Assembly: GCF_002105155.1 (NCBI RefSeq)
Contig: NW_019029009.1
Coordinates: 372,001-436,000, forward strand
DNA length: 64,000 nt
Direction of reading: 5' to 3'
Origin: Lobosporangium transversale
Lineage: Eukaryota
The notes beneath the pieces were generated by a model, which saw only the letters and a program-made list of their open reading frames with translations, ran no database searches and was not told the DNA's origin. The translations under genes and the position numbers were made by a program. Positions 48,064 through 63,810 of the stretch are shown here, one piece after another (within the stretch, counting starts at the first letter, position 1; each line of letters begins with the position of its first letter).

Positions 48064-49294
48064 CCGATGAAGATGTTGTTTCTGAATTTCCACCTGCATT
48101 GGATTTATAAGCAGTAGGACGAGCACTGGCCATATCTTGACTACTCTCTGCAACGACCACGAGTTGAGAAGTATCGTACGTTTGGAATTTGGTCCGTTTG
48201 CCCAATGCGCCCGTGACCTTGAAGCGGAAGCCAGAGGTGGATTGAGCCTTTTGGAAGGTCTCATAGGCCTTGGTGTCATCTGTGTAATAATGCAGGACCA
48301 AACCCTTCTCGATCCAGAATCGCGTTTGAGCTTCTTTCTTGTCAATGGCTTCCAAAGGTCCATCCTCACGCTCAACCTTGATGAAGAGGAAGAAAGAGGA
48401 AGAAGAAGCAGAAGAAAAGAGTGAACAAAGGGCTTTTAAAATTATAAGGGGAATACATGGCAAAATTTGATTTTAAATGTTAATAAAGTTATATACCTCA
48501 GTCATCACAGCAGTTTCGATCTCGTTTGCCAAGGCCAACATCTGGGACTGGAGTACACCTGTGGGCCCTTCCAGAGTTCTCTGCTGCAGAAACAAAGTTC
48601 GGAGGGCCCACCAAGGAGCGGTCTTGGCGACTTCAGGATCTCGTTTAAGAAGATCCAAATTATCGACCAGAATGATTCTGGACGTATACAAAAACAAGAT
48701 TTGACGGGAGAGATGATAGGTGGTCTCGCCTCCGACTGAGAGTTTGTCTAACGCTTGAGCATCCAGATCTTTGGTTCTGTTATTGCGATCAGGACGAAGT
48801 AAAGCGGGTAAGATATCAATGGGCTCAAAGCCAAGGTCGGGGCCAGTCCAACCAGCCTGAACAAAGGCATAAAGGGCCGCAATGGCGACAAAGAGAACAT
48901 CCAAGGTTGCAGAAGATGTAGATGTAGATGATGTAGATGATGTAGATGATGAATAATTGTTGATATAGGTTTGAATACGTTTGGTCAAGAATGTGGCCAG
49001 ATCAAAGGATGTATCAAGGGCGATCACATCAGGATCTGCGTCTGAAAGATTTGTACCAAAGATTTCAGCTGCAACGGGTGACTTTAGAGCAAGGTCATAT
49101 TCTCCGGCAAGGAGCAATTGAGTCAAAGGACTCGTATCTGCACTCAATTGTGAACCGGCCTTGGTATCGTTGGTAGCATCAGCAGAAGTAGTAGCTGTAG
49201 CTGTAGCATCACTACTACTATTCTCTGGCTTGTATTGAAGATCGCTACCTAGGAGGACACTCCACTGTTGTAGGTCGGTCAGCGTGGCGGGCAT
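46256..49294 (-). CDS. EMW1: TPR-repeat protein, EMW1/TTC27 family, 2 exons
   Basis: FVQAGWTGP, TGALGKRTKFQ, NWTVYTMALLLRSRLE..RTVERGTLQLQALVDQ and multiple TPRs; intron ~48378-48496. Confidence 0.85.
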
Positions 49295-49923
49295 TTTTTT
49301 TTATTTTTTATTTTTTTAATATTATTATTTTTATTCGATAATGCAATTGACCCAAGGAGGGGAGGTAGAAATAAGAAAAAAATAAATAAATAAAAAGAAT
49401 GAGGACGTGGGAAAAGAGCTTTATAGACAGATTTGTAATGTAAATGTTCTGGCAGCTTCCTTTTTTTTCTTTCCTCTGATTGCAAATCAACAAGTAGGGG
49501 AAACGAAAAAAAAAAAACCTTTTTCTCCAACTACACTTTTTTTTTTTTTTTTTTTTTTTTTTGACTGTGCCAGTCTGCCAACCAGTGCACTGCTCTTGAT
49601 AGATGTCTGTGCGCCACTTGGAAAGCAGTCACTGTTTTCCTTTTTTTATTTTTATTTTTTTCTGTTGTTCTGTTGACTACTTTTTTTTTTTTTTTTTTTT
49701 TTTTACTTTTGCTTTGCACTTTACTTGGACGCTGTATAATTATTATTCTTCGTCCCTTTACACTACATTAGTTTCTACAAATACCCACTTCCACCTTCCT
49801 TCTTTACACCCTCTTAGCAGCATACAAAGCATTTTGTTATTTTGAAGTTGCTCCATTACTTTTTTTTATTTTTTTTTTATTTAGTTTAAGCATTTTTTTT
49901 ATTTTTTTTTTCCCCTCTTCTTC

Positions 49924-51924
<2,001 letters not shown>

Positions 51925-52753
51925 AGAAATAAAAATAATAATAATAATAATAATAAATAAATAAATAAAAAATAGAAAAAATTAAAAAAAAAAAAAAAAA
52001 AAAAAAAAGTTCTTGTCAAGAAGTCGCCATAACAACTTTTATATTTGCTTCTTATAATGAAAGAGATGTTACACGACATCCGTTGCCAGCACAGCAATAC
52101 AAGAGGGGAAAAAAAAGGGTTCAAATTTTTACATGACAATCCAATCCCCAACAAGTGATATCTTTTCTTTTTTTTTTTTTTTTTTTTTATCTTTGAACTA
52201 GTTTCAGAAAAGTCAGTTATGTCATGCCAAGAATGTTTAATAAAATGGTGTTGGAAGGAGATGGGGGAGTAAAAGAAAGCAAGCAGATTGGGGAAGGGAG
52301 GAGAGAGAGAAGGCATATATATACAAGTGTTGGGTGTGATTCTATTTAGAGATTGTCGTACAGAACGGAAAGGACCGTTCATTTTTCGATCATTTCTCCG
52401 GATGGAACAAGACCATCTTTTTGCCCGCCAAAAAAGAATTGGGGAAAATGGAGGAAGAAAAAAAAACGTCGTATTCATCTGCTTTTGGTTCCTGTAAATT
52501 AAACATGTCCTCCCCACACACAAAGATAAACAATGCTGTTAATGCAAATGTGCTTCTTCTCCCCAACTTCTCTTCTTTGCATCTTTTACTTTATTGAATG
52601 AGCCTTGTAGATCTCAATTCTAGCCAGTCGAGCTTGTCCATTTTTATGGTATTATCTTAAAATGAGGAGAGAGAGAGAAAGGAGGTTGAGCAAATGAGTA
52701 ATAAACATGATCCATTTCTTGGAGACTTTTTTTTTTTTTTTTTTTTTTTCCTC

Positions 52754-52789
<36 letters not shown>

Positions 52790-53682
52790 TTGGCTATGAC
52801 TAATTGGGAAGTGGGACCATCTCTTACTGTCCTATGTGAAAATGAGCATGGATTAAAAATCAAAAATATGCATATAAAATGGACACATGTACACATTACA
52901 AACACTAATCTTTTTTAGTTTTTTACCCTACATTCCTACATTTCACCTGGACCTGTACGAGCAATGAGCACTAGGCAATGTGTTGAAAGTGTAGAAAACT
53001 AGAGAGCCACAGGTAGAAAATAACTTTTTTTTTTTTTTTTTTTTTTTTGACCCAAAAATGCATCCGTGGAGATGGAGGTGAAATCGAATCATCAGTCAGC
53101 GAACCAGTAGCATCGCTCCTTCCATGCACCCAACAAAGCAAAAAATACATCAAAGAGAACATCCAACGCTAAGCTTACCCTATATTTTGCTTATTTGCTC
53201 TTTTTTTTTTTTTTTTTTTTACTCCAGAGAATAAAACAGACGTGCATCGAATCGAATCACACGGGGCATTTCTTTACATGCAAATGCAAAGTGTGTCCAA
53301 CATGTGTACAATCCCTTTTTATTCCGTCCAATGAACCATGGTGATTTAGCCCACACTCTCTCTCTTGAATCTTGTGGAACTAGAAAAAAGCCTTCAAAGT
53401 CCATGTAAAGCGCGCGATGCACGCGTAACACTGCGCTCATCTGACTCGAAACTGAACCCTTTTCTCATTTACTCATTTACTATAAATAATCAACCTTCCA
53501 CCCAATTTTTTTTTCTTTTTTTTTTTTTTTTTTCTTTGTCAAATCTCTCTTCGTTTGCTCGCTTATTTCTTTACTCGCAACTCTTTCTTTTCAACACCCA
53601 AACACCCTCTTCCCTTCTCCTGATCCTTTATACAAATATATTTTTAGTCCCTTCTCTCTATATTTAATCTTAATTATAAACC

Positions 53683-54751
53683 ATGTCCGTCGCAATCCAT
53701 TCAATCAAGGCTGGTCTTCCTCGTGTTTCCATGGTCCGTATTCCCGTGGTAGCCTTTGTCAATAACTCACATCCCTCAGCCTACTCGTCAAGTGCCTGGG
53801 CCGAGAATGCCAAGAAAGTTGCTGATAAATTGGAGAACAATGCAAAGAACCTGACATCTGAGGTATAAATAATTTTATAAAAAAAAAAAAAAGCGGACGA
53901 GATGTTACTTTGAGGAGTCATGGATGGATTTCAGTCGCCAATGAATAATGATGGACAATGTCAATGGGTTTTCTTTTTACTTTATTACATTTATTTTTTA
54001 TTTGCTATGCTTATAATGTCCCCAATCAAACATCAAGCTCCTTTTTTTTTTTTTTTTTTTATTACCGTTTTTTTTTAAAGAATGTGTTTTGCTCCTAACT
54101 CTGGATATGTAATTTTTTTTAGTATGAATTGGGTTATTTGCCATGTGGATGAAAAGACTTTTTTTTTTTTATCCTTTTTGCCCTTTCTGCATAATGCAAA
54201 TGATTTTCACCTCCCACCTTCTCTTTGCAATGCAGACGGAGGACTCCTTTCTCTACATTTTTCGCATTGTTCGTCTTTTTTTTTTTTTTTTTTTTTTATT
54301 ACTCTTAACAGTTGCAGGAGAAAAAAGAGTGTACGACGCAAAAGAAAAAGAAAAAAAGAAAAAGAAAAAGGGAGGGGAAGTGACCCAGGCCTCTTTTTCT
54401 TTTTCTTTTTCATCCGCGTTACACTTGCTGGCCGTTCACAGCTGTGTTTGTCCATGCTGAAAAGAAACCAAGCACAACAATAACAACAACAAACAAAAGT
54501 TCCCTGTCCCTTCTCCTTCACCTTTCGCGTTATCATTATTTGTAGTACGTTTGTTCATGGAGCAAAAATATCTTAACCCACTTTAAATTTTCTTTTTTTG
54601 GTAGGTCGATTCTCAAGCACCTGGTTTGAGCCAACATGCCTCAGAGGCCATTCGCCTTGTTGAATCACGTAGCGTTCTTAAGCAGGACAAGGCACCCATT
54701 CATGCCTACCACGATGTCGATCATGGCGAAGCTCGCTTCCTCAAGCATTAA
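53683..54751 (+). CDS. Small 108-aa protein with a probable mitochondrial presequence, 2 exons
   Basis: Exon 53683-53862 (GT donor) joins exon 54605-54751 (TAG acceptor) in frame: MSVAIHSIKAGLPRVSMVRIPVVAF...KNLTSE|VDSQAPG...HDVDHGEARFLKH*. Good start context (aaaccATG) and C/T-ending codon bias. Confidence 0.7.
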
Positions 54752-55296
54752 ATAAATACAACCTTTTTCCTTTTTCATTTGTTGTACATAATACAAACTT
54801 TCCTTTCTTTTTTCTTTTTCTTTTTCTTTTTACTTAAAACTCAATACTATACCGAGGAGTAAATAATAAAGTAGCGACATCTGCGCTCAAATCTTTCCTA
54901 CATTGTATCTTCATCTCCGAGAAAGTGATATTACATGTTTGAGTTTCCATCTCGCATGTTTAAAAAAAAAAAGATCTTGCTCCATCAGCTTTTATGGTAC
55001 ATGTACATGTATATATATATACATGGATGCAACCAACACTTTTTTTTTTTTTTTTTTTTTGGCTTGCAAGTACATGTTACTCAGCAAGGCATTTTAATCA
55101 TATCCTTCGATCAACCTCTGCAGTCTTGCTTCCCTTTTTTTTTTTCTTTTATGATAAACTGAGGGAGATGCATGCATGCATGCAACTTACATGTAATAGG
55201 AGAGAGGGAAGGAAGGGGGGGGTGAAGAGAAGGAAGGGTACCGCAGTATTAATTGGTTTAATAGACTTGATAATAAAAAGACAAATGCTTGATTAG

Positions 55297-55330
<34 letters not shown>

Positions 55331-56055
55331 CCAATGCTGTTCGTCTTGCTTGCTCTCTTTCAGCACACGTGTTCATGCAAATGTGCACGCGCGTGTTTGC
55401 CTTATCTGGGATAGGAAAAGAGGGGGAGAGGAGAAGAAGAAGAGAATGGGAATGAACATTCTTGACGTTCTTGAAAGGCAGGGCAAATGAACCCATTGAC
55501 GACCATTAGAATACAGTAGCCTATCAGACTTCTTTGTTGTTTATCCATTTTACCCACATTGGTAACAACAATAACAGTAACTACAATAGTAACAGCAATA
55601 ACAATAACAACAACAACAATAGCAACAGCAAAACCACCATGTTTGTCCAAGTGACCTTTTACCCTCCATTTCTGCAAATGTTGCTTTTTTTTTTTCCTCC
55701 GTGACAGCCCCCCACGACACGAGGTCAAGCAAATATGCAGAAACACTTGGGCCGGGTTCTTCCATCAATTAATGTACTTTTTTAATGTATTACAAACAAA
55801 CAGGTAGCCCATATTTCCGATATTAACTCTAATAGCACTAAAAAGACAGTAGGGTCCCTTCATCGCATCTCGCACGATCTTGCTTTTTCTTTTCTTTTTT
55901 TTTATCCCAAATAGGGAGCCATTTTGTGCACAAGGACATCTATTTTACTCATAGACTTTGGTACTTCTTTTTAATTTATTGCAATGTAAAGGAGAAAGAG
56001 AGTGTATATGAGAGAAAAAAAGCGTGGGAAGGAATGCCGCACTATTTGTTATCCA

Positions 56056-59000
56056 TTATCGCTTTGCACCTGGCTTCATTCGATGGAAACGTCCTTTTGT
56101 CATCCCGTCACTATTAAAGCCACTATTATAATGAAAGTACTGTTGCTGGTGGTCGACATAGTCGTTCAGTTCAAGATTCGGTTGGCCATAACCATCATCA
56201 TGTTTGTTTCCCAGGGCTTGTTTAACAAAGACTGATCTATGATCAGGAGAAGACAATGATCTTTGCACCTTCTCTTCCATGACTATCTCCATCTCTGGTT
56301 CTTCTGTCCTTAGCCCCGTTCTTGCTGTCCCCTTCCTTTTCATATGCTTGTTCCAAAGAGTAGGCGTTACAGTGTTCGCAGCCTTGTTGGCGTCTGAAAT
56401 GATCTTTCGCGCCGCAGCACCGATTCGATGTTTGACTTGGTGCAATGTTGCCTTAGTCTTGTCCAAGCGCATCTTGGAGCGTAACGAAGTTGTGGTAGAG
56501 GAGGCAGGCGTTGCCGACCATGGAGGATCATGATACTTACCATCTATCGCCCCTCCTTCTTCTTCCTCTTCTTCTTCCTGGTATTCTTGTAAAACGGCTT
56601 TAATATCTACTCTTCCTTCTTCTCCTTCCCCTTCTTCTTGGTACCCCTGTAGAACGACTTCCTCAACATCTGCTCCTCCATCTTCGATTTCATCTTCCTC
56701 AATGTCTTGCTCCAGGCACATGTTTTGGTGGTGCGTGTATTTATCGTAACTGCTAAGGCTCCGAGGTTGTTTCAGCAATCTATAAAATTTTGCTTTAGCC
56801 AACAGAGCTTTCCGTGCAAACAACTCTCGTGAACGACTGTAATCGGGGCCAGCACCGAGAGTACAGCTTGCAGTGCTGCTGCTGTCAGTAGAAATGCCTC
56901 TTCTCCATGCCTCCTCCGCCTTTGAGAGTGGTGTATGCTGCTGATCCTGAAGCGTATAATCGTGAATCATCTCATCCATAGTATCTCGTCGCTGCCAATC
57001 AACAGAGTTGTAGTAGTATCGTACATCGATATCATCGCTTATACAATGATCCTGATGATCCAAATGGGCTCCAAAATCATAGACCGATCCACGTTCTTCA
57101 GCACACTCAGTGGTCTTTTGAATATAATCCTCATCACCACTACCATCGTACTCATATTTAAAACCCCCCGCCTTAAAAGAAGCTGTTGTTGCTGCTTGGT
57201 CTCCAAGGTTCATTCCTTTACTGCCAATATAATCCTCCTGCTCTTTTATCTCTTCCTCGACTTCTTCTTTTTCTTCTTGTCCATAGGGCTGTGTTTGAAC
57301 CCTTTTCATGTCATGGTATCCTATTTCCGTTTCAATTGATTCCTGTCGGCCCTCTCTCTCATGTGGAAATGCCCTTTTATACAATGGCGATGTAATGTTG
57401 AGTCCCGCGGTTGTACTAATCAATGTCCAGGGCCTTGTTGGTGGTACCCATCTCTCGCTGTCTTTCATAAAATCCTGCGCATATGATTGAGATTCACGTC
57501 GTGCTGCTGAGCTTCGTGGCTGCCAGGAAGATCGGTCAGATAAGCGTGCGGGTCTTGGGTTGGGCACTGCATTCCAAGATTCATGGTTTTTATGGGTTGG
57601 TCTGTACGTCCTATTGTCTTGTGGACCATCACTCGTGCCCTCGTCACCACAACCAACATTATCATCATTAGCGTTTCCAACCCTGTCATCATCCTGGGTA
57701 CCAATATCTCGCTCTGTTTCCTGTCCGCCCTTATCTTGTACTATACTTTGATGATAATCATCATGAGACAAACGATTATCAGACTTTTTCGACCCTTTTG
57801 ATGGCTGCCTCGATAATCGTTGTACAATATCCCTTCCAACGATCGCTGAATTCCTATGCGAGCGGTTGGCAAGCGCAGACGATGGTAGTGGTGGTACAGG
57901 TGCACTATTTCGGTGCTGGCGACGATGGTACGCGATCGTGGCAGACATGCGACGATGGAGCTGATGACTGTTCCTGTTGCTGGCGTTGTCTTGGTTAAAG
58001 TGGTGGCTCAACGCTGTATCTGTCGTTGATCTTGCCAAAGATGCTTTCGAGGAAGGGGAGGAAGAGTAGCCCTGGAACAGTGAGGAACGCAAACAAGTCA
58101 GACTTTGTACTCTACTACAATGAGCTATACCTTGATGCAAATATATATACAGCCAAATGTATTTCTTTTCATAGTACTTCTTTCTACCCATTGCAATCGC
58201 CTTTACCTGTTTCCCCTGATTCTTTTGAGATGTCAAATGATGGGAACAGTCTTCGATTGACCAATCCGAGAAAATGCTATGGCGTTGGCGCACTGGGTAT
58301 GTGGTTTGGTGAGCATCCTCGTGCCCTCCAAGTTGTACTTTCACATTCAAATCTGCATCCCTTGTCTGCTTTTCATCTAAATCTTTATCATTTTCTTCGC
58401 CCCCTTCTTCTTGTTGTTGTTGTTGTCCTTCTCCTTTTCCTTGGCAGATCGGCTTGATTGAGTGAGTATTTGCAACTCCTGCAAAGTCTGGGTTTGTACT
58501 TGAAGCCAGAAACGGATTGAGTGGTGACAGCGGTCGCTTCTGGCCTTGCTCTTGACTCTCCTGGCCCTGTCCCTGTAGTGGCTGTCGATTGCTTATGCCA
58601 CTCATGGGTCTATCCATTATGTTTACCTCAACTTCTTCATGTGACTCATATCGGGAACTCTTGAGGATGACATTTTTGTCATCCTTATTTCCACCCTTAT
58701 TACCTTGATAAGGCGCTTCTACCTGTAAAAATGAAGGCTGTTGTTGGTGTTGGTGGGTGGGGTGTTGGTCCTGCCCCTGGATATCCAAGTATGTAAGACT
58801 GCTCAACAACTCCTCCTTTTGACTCGAGTTAAACAACGATGATTGTCTTTCCTTTAGGACTCTTTCCAAGCCTGATGAAGCACAGGTTGCATGACGACGT
58901 CGATGCCACTCAAGTGGTACTTTGAATAGATTAAGCGATAGCCTTCGAGCTGCTGTTGCCACTAGCGCTGATCCTCCTCTTCCTCCCTCTTCACTTGAAC

Positions 59001-59523
59001 CAACACTCTGGTGTCGTTTGCGAAGCCGATGTTTCCGTTGCGATGTGGAACTTTCGTATTCCTGTAGTACACCTTCACCACTAGCTTCTATACATTCATC
59101 CCATAGGTCAATTGGAGCGCCGCACCCATCATTAGTCGTTGAATAATGTGTCGCAGAGGTGGTGGCGGGCTGATATAGGAATGGATTGGTGTTAGAAGGA
59201 TTATCAGCATTTGTAATGTCTGTCACGGCTGAAGCTGAGGCTGTAGCTGCGTTACTGGAAGCTTGAATATGCTGTTGCTGGTACTGTTGATGTTGACGTC
59301 GATGGCGGTGATATTCGTATTGAGCATGCTTTATTGTATCGGTGTCATAAACAGGATTAGTTGCGGTTAATCGGATTTGAGCATGATGACTCTTTATGTC
59401 TTCACAAGAAGAAGATAGGAAGGGGTTTTTGGTTAGATTCAATGCAGGCTCATGAGATATAAAAGGGTTCGTTGTCTCCAAGGGCTTTGGGAAAGGATGG
59501 ATGGCATTCCTTCGCTGCAGCAT
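56056..59523 (-). CDS. Large low-complexity hypothetical protein
   Basis: Open frame of more than 3.4 kb; first ATG at 59523 (MLQRRNAIHPF); NPF motifs; a probable in-frame intron at ~58075-58185. No recognisable domain. Confidence 0.65.
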   Translation of the reverse strand: MLQRRNAIHPFPKPLETTNPFISHEPALNLTKNPFLSSSCEDIKSHHAQIRLTATNPVYDTDTIKHAQYEYHRHRRQHQQYQQQHIQASSNAATASASAVTDITNADNPSNTNPFLYQPATTSATHYSTTNDGCGAPIDLWDECIEASGEGVLQEYESSTSQRKHRLRKRHQSVGSSEEGGRGGSALVATAARRLSLNLFKVPLEWHRRRHATCASSGLERVLKERQSSLFNSSQKEELLSSLTYLDIQGQDQHPTHQHQQQPSFLQVEAPYQGNKGGNKDDKNVILKSSRYESHEEVEVNIMDRPMSGISNRQPLQGQGQESQEQGQKRPLSPLNPFLASSTNPDFAGVANTHSIKPICQGKGEGQQQQQEEGGEENDKDLDEKQTRDADLNVKVQLGGHEDAHQTTYPVRQRHSIFSDWSIEDCSHHLTSQKNQGKQVKAIAMGRKKYYEKKYIWLYIYLHQGIAHCSRVQSLTCLRSSLFQGYSSSPSSKASLARSTTDTALSHHFNQDNASNRNSHQLHRRMSATIAYHRRQHRNSAPVPPLPSSALANRSHRNSAIVGRDIVQRLSRQPSKGSKKSDNRLSHDDYHQSIVQDKGGQETERDIGTQDDDRVGNANDDNVGCGDEGTSDGPQDNRTYRPTHKNHESWNAVPNPRPARLSDRSSWQPRSSAARRESQSYAQDFMKDSERWVPPTRPWTLISTTAGLNITSPLYKRAFPHEREGRQESIETEIGYHDMKRVQTQPYGQEEKEEVEEEIKEQEDYIGSKGMNLGDQAATTASFKAGGFKYEYDGSGDEDYIQKTTECAEERGSVYDFGAHLDHQDHCISDDIDVRYYYNSVDWQRRDTMDEMIHDYTLQDQQHTPLSKAEEAWRRGISTDSSSTASCTLGAGPDYSRSRELFARKALLAKAKFYRLLKQPRSLSSYDKYTHHQNMCLEQDIEEDEIEDGGADVEEVVLQGYQEEGEGEEGRVDIKAVLQEYQEEEEEEEGGAIDGKYHDPPWSATPASSTTTSLRSKMRLDKTKATLHQVKHRIGAAARKIISDANKAANTVTPTLWNKHMKRKGTARTGLRTEEPEMEIVMEEKVQRSLSSPDHRSVFVKQALGNKHDDGYGQPNLELNDYVDHQQQYFHYNSGFNSDGMTKGRFHRMKPGAKR

Positions 59524-59931
59524 AACGTGCAAGAACCAAGGAAATGAATCAAATGAGAAGGGTGGAGAGTGAGATTGCGTTATTGAGTATACGTTGTTTG
59601 TATAGCTTGAGGATACTTCTAAGGAAACCAAAGGGAAGAGAAAAACAGATGGGAGGAAAGTAGGAAAGAGAGAGGGAGAGAAAAAGGAGGAACTGAACTA
59701 AGGATGAGTGATAGAAAGAGTGGGGTAGTCGCGTAGAATATCAATTGCATTATCTCCATGTCCACTAATTAGAAAGAGTGCATATTCTGTTAGAGCGGTT
59801 AAAAAAAGAGTCTTTTTTTTTTATATATCTTATTCTATCACGATTAAGGATGTAATGGAATATGCAATGTGATTTCATCACCCAAAGCATGTCAAAAAGA
59901 CGACTCGGTGGCAATGGAACCCCCCCCCCCC

Positions 59932-59965
<34 letters not shown>

Positions 59966-60956
59966 TGAGCATTGCAAGTGTTGCTCAAACGCGTAAACAA
60001 ACAATTTGACGTGTATCATTTTCATTGCCTCGTTGGTGGATGAATCTATCGATCTTTGCTATCGTTTGGAGCATCTGGTTTTTTCTCAAGCTTGACGAGT
60101 CCTTAGTTAAAGACATGTTCGTTTACAATTTCATATCCTCGGTCCATCAAGGCATCAAGGTTATAGTTTTATTTGTATTTGTTTTGATAGTACGATCGAA
60201 TGTTGATACATTTGCCACGCGATTTCTAATCATTTGTGATTCCGATAGATGGGATTCCTCTTGACAGTCAATCCTCATCTGATCTTTGTTTGAGAAGAGG
60301 AAAAAAGGTTGGTTGGCTTTGCAGTTTTTCATCTTCATACCCTTTGTGCATGTGCGCAATAATCTGTAGAGTCAACATGGGCGGAGGGAGGGAGAAGGGG
60401 CGTGCGTCGTTTATGTGAGTGCAAATGGCTTCACTGAGCATGAAGTCAAGAGACACGCTGTTCAATGTCCATGTCCACGCGGGGTTTGAAAGAGGATGGA
60501 AAACAATAAAAGCGGATCCAGTTCTGTGCCACAGAGCCAATCAGGCGCCGCAACTGTATCAACCATAATGGAAAGGAACTCACTTCTCTCTCTCTCTCTT
60601 TCTTTGTCCTTTTCATTTCATTATGCATCAATTGACCGTTGGTCATTCATTCATTCATTCATTCATTCTCTTTTTGTTCTCTCAATCTTAATCTTTCTTG
60701 TAAGGATAGAAACTATCGCAGTGCTTTAATTTTTTTTTTCTTTTTTGTTTTAGTTTAGTCTAGTCTGGTCTAGGCTAGGCAGGTCTAGTACAAATGGTCT
60801 TTTCCCCTTGAAAAACAACGACTACAACTTCCGTTTTTACCCCATTCAGTAGAAAAAAAAAGAGGAATAACCATTCTACATTTGCTTCTTTTTCTTATTT
60901 CCTTTTTTTTTTTTAGTTTTTATTTCATTCATTTGCATAGAAACACACATCCACTG

Positions 60957-63389
60957 ATGCCCGCCACCATTCCCACGCCGAGCATCAACATTGCTTCATC
61001 CTCTTCCAACCCGCATCACCACAGTACTACAAATACAAATGTCTCTGGAACTCCCACGGGTGTGAACAGTGGCAGTGTCAGTGGCAGTGGCAGTCTCACA
61101 CATGGCTATCCAATGCACTCTAGCTCCCTCCTGGCATCGTCTCCTTTTAGTCCCGAAGCTCTAGCGGCTGCCACAGCCCTGCGACGACCATCTCTTGTGC
61201 TCTCGGTTGGATCCTTCCATTCTGCTCAACTGAGGAGGTCGTCCTTCTTTGCTCCGTTTCCTTACGGCCAATCGCCTCAGCAATTCGAGTACGTTTGTAT
61301 TTATAATTACTTAAAGCCCACTATTGGACACTCCACAACCGGACATTGGATCTTGAATAATACACATAAAGCACAACACTCCCCAAAAGATAAAGAAAAA
61401 ACCCTATCCAATTCTGTTGTGCTCTCTTAACCCCGACTGGTTCTTCTTCCGAATCATACACAACATCAGGCTAATTGAATCTTGTCTCTCACTTTTCTCT
61501 TCGTATATTTCATTCTTTATGTTTCCGAATTCACTCACTTTTCATCTTTAAACAATAGTGCCCTTCAAGACTATAGCTCGTCACCCAGGAGAGGAGGGGG
61601 CGATGTATATCAGCGCGATCTCGAGGCCAATTATTGCACAAACTTTTCTTGTTGTGGTCTGAATCTTGGTGATCTGCATGCACTCCTGCAGCATTATGAG
61701 GAATGCCACGTGCGTTTTGAGGAAGAGGATGATAATGGCCATCCCGTGGCTCCCGGGTTTGTGGATGAAGAAGGATGGTCAACACCTTCGGATCCAATTC
61801 CTAGTAGTTCTCATATTCATGCTCAAGCACGTTCAAATCATCCTATCAAGGGATCCTCAACACTCTCTGCTAATGCTGCGGCAGCTGCCACCGTTGCTGC
61901 CCTTACTGCTAGCCAGCAACAACAGCAAAAATTGTCACCACTTTCATTTCTGAATTCTAAAAAGAAAACCAACGGAGTCTCATTATCCGATATCTATTCC
62001 GAGGATCCCTTGAACCCGATTATAACGACAACAGCGCCGGATGATACTACTGCAGCATTTTCAAACTCGATTTTAAAGAGCACTGCTCAAGCCGAGTTCT
62101 CAAGTCTGGCAAGCAAGAAACGAGATCTTGCTGCATACTCGACTTCTTTTGATACCCACAGCCCCATGGCCAAAAAGACTTCAACTTTTCAGAACATGAC
62201 CCTTTCCTCTGCTTCGACTGTATTCAACAACAGCAATGACAACAATAAGCAAAGCGTGGCAGCTGAATCATCCACAAGCAATGCCGCGACTGCTGCTTCT
62301 GGAGTCAGATCACAGGAGGATCTCTTGAATTCTGTCACGGATTATCTCCAATTGGCGGTCAAACAAGGGCTATTGCCTGACTGTGGCGAAGTCGGCTCTG
62401 CTTCATATATGCAGGCGGCCGAGGATCTGATCCGGAAGCGCGAAGAACTTGTAAACATCATGGAAAATATTGGGAAATCTGGTTCTTCTAGTGCAGATAA
62501 ACCTTACCGATGCCAAGTAAGCGGTTGCGACAAGGCGTATAAAAACCCTAATGGACTAAAATACCATAATCAACATGGACACTGTTCTGCAGCAGGTCTT
62601 GGAGATTCAGAAGGTCCAGAATCAAGGCCTTATGTTTGCACATTCATGGATTGTTGCAAGCGATACAAGAACTTGAATGGTCTCAAATATCATATCGAAC
62701 ACTCGCATCCCAACCTGCCCACGGCTTTGAGGGCACATCAAGCAGGTTTGACAACTCATCCCTTGCTAATCAACGGAGTCTTTGCCAATAACCAGGCTGC
62801 TGCCTTGGCGGTCGCTGCTGCACTGTCTCAAGTCGAATCCTCGCCTATGATGATGGCAGCTATCAATGCTATCACGGCCTCTGCTAACAGTGCAAGCAAC
62901 AACCTCAACAACAACACAAGTATCACGGGCAATAGACTCTCACCCTCATCAGATGACACGCCTGATTCGAGCCCTAATTCTAGCCCGGCCCTACGACCGG
63001 CAGCACCTACTATGCCCACTTCCAATGTCAATGCCACTGTCTCTATCCCCTCAGTCCCTTCAGTGGCCGCTTCAGCGAACATTAACAACAATATCGGCCA
63101 AAAAATGAGCATTAATACCAATAACTTGAATGTCTTCCGGAGCGGGAACAACACCTTCTCAACAGATGTCACGCCTATGGCCTCGCCTGTCCATAGTCGC
63201 GCGACCCTTCCGAGTTTGAACGTTCTATCGATCCAGACAGGCCCAGGATTGAATGGCATGACTACACCTTCATCTCTTTCTCCAACTTCTACAGTACCTA
63301 AATCCCCAACAGGCGTCACTCAGGTTTCGACCCTGACAGCTGCCCTTGCTGCCGTCACTGTGGAGCAACAGCGTCAGCAGCAATATTAA
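60957..63389 (+). CDS. SFP1: SFP1-like split zinc-finger transcription factor, 2 exons
   Basis: LEANYCTNFSCCGLNLGDLHALLQHYEECH, KPYRCQVSGCDKAYKNPNGLKYHNQHGHC and CKRYKNLNGLKYH; intron ~61289-61558. Confidence 0.85.
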
Positions 63390-63507
63390 TAACAGCAATG
63401 AAACAGTTATCTAAAAGGATAGCTCTTTTTCCCTCTCTCTTCAGTCTTGATCATACTTCATGAAAGCTGTAAAAGCATTCGACACGTACAAACAAAAAAG
63501 AAAAAAA

Positions 63508-63539
<32 letters not shown>

Positions 63540-63683
63540 AAAAGAAAAGAGATCCTGTGCTCTGTTTTTTTTTTTTTTTTTTCTTCTGATCTATTGAGGC
63601 TGTACATGTACAAACTATCATCCATCTATTGTATTTTTTTTTTTTTCCCTTCTTCTGTTTCTTATAGTAAGTATAAAACACAT

Positions 63684-63714
<31 letters not shown>

Positions 63715-63778
63715 CAACTCCCCGCTCTTCATAAAGCTATATTGTTATTTTTTTTCATGTCCATGTCATATTATACAG

Positions 63779-63810
<32 letters not shown>

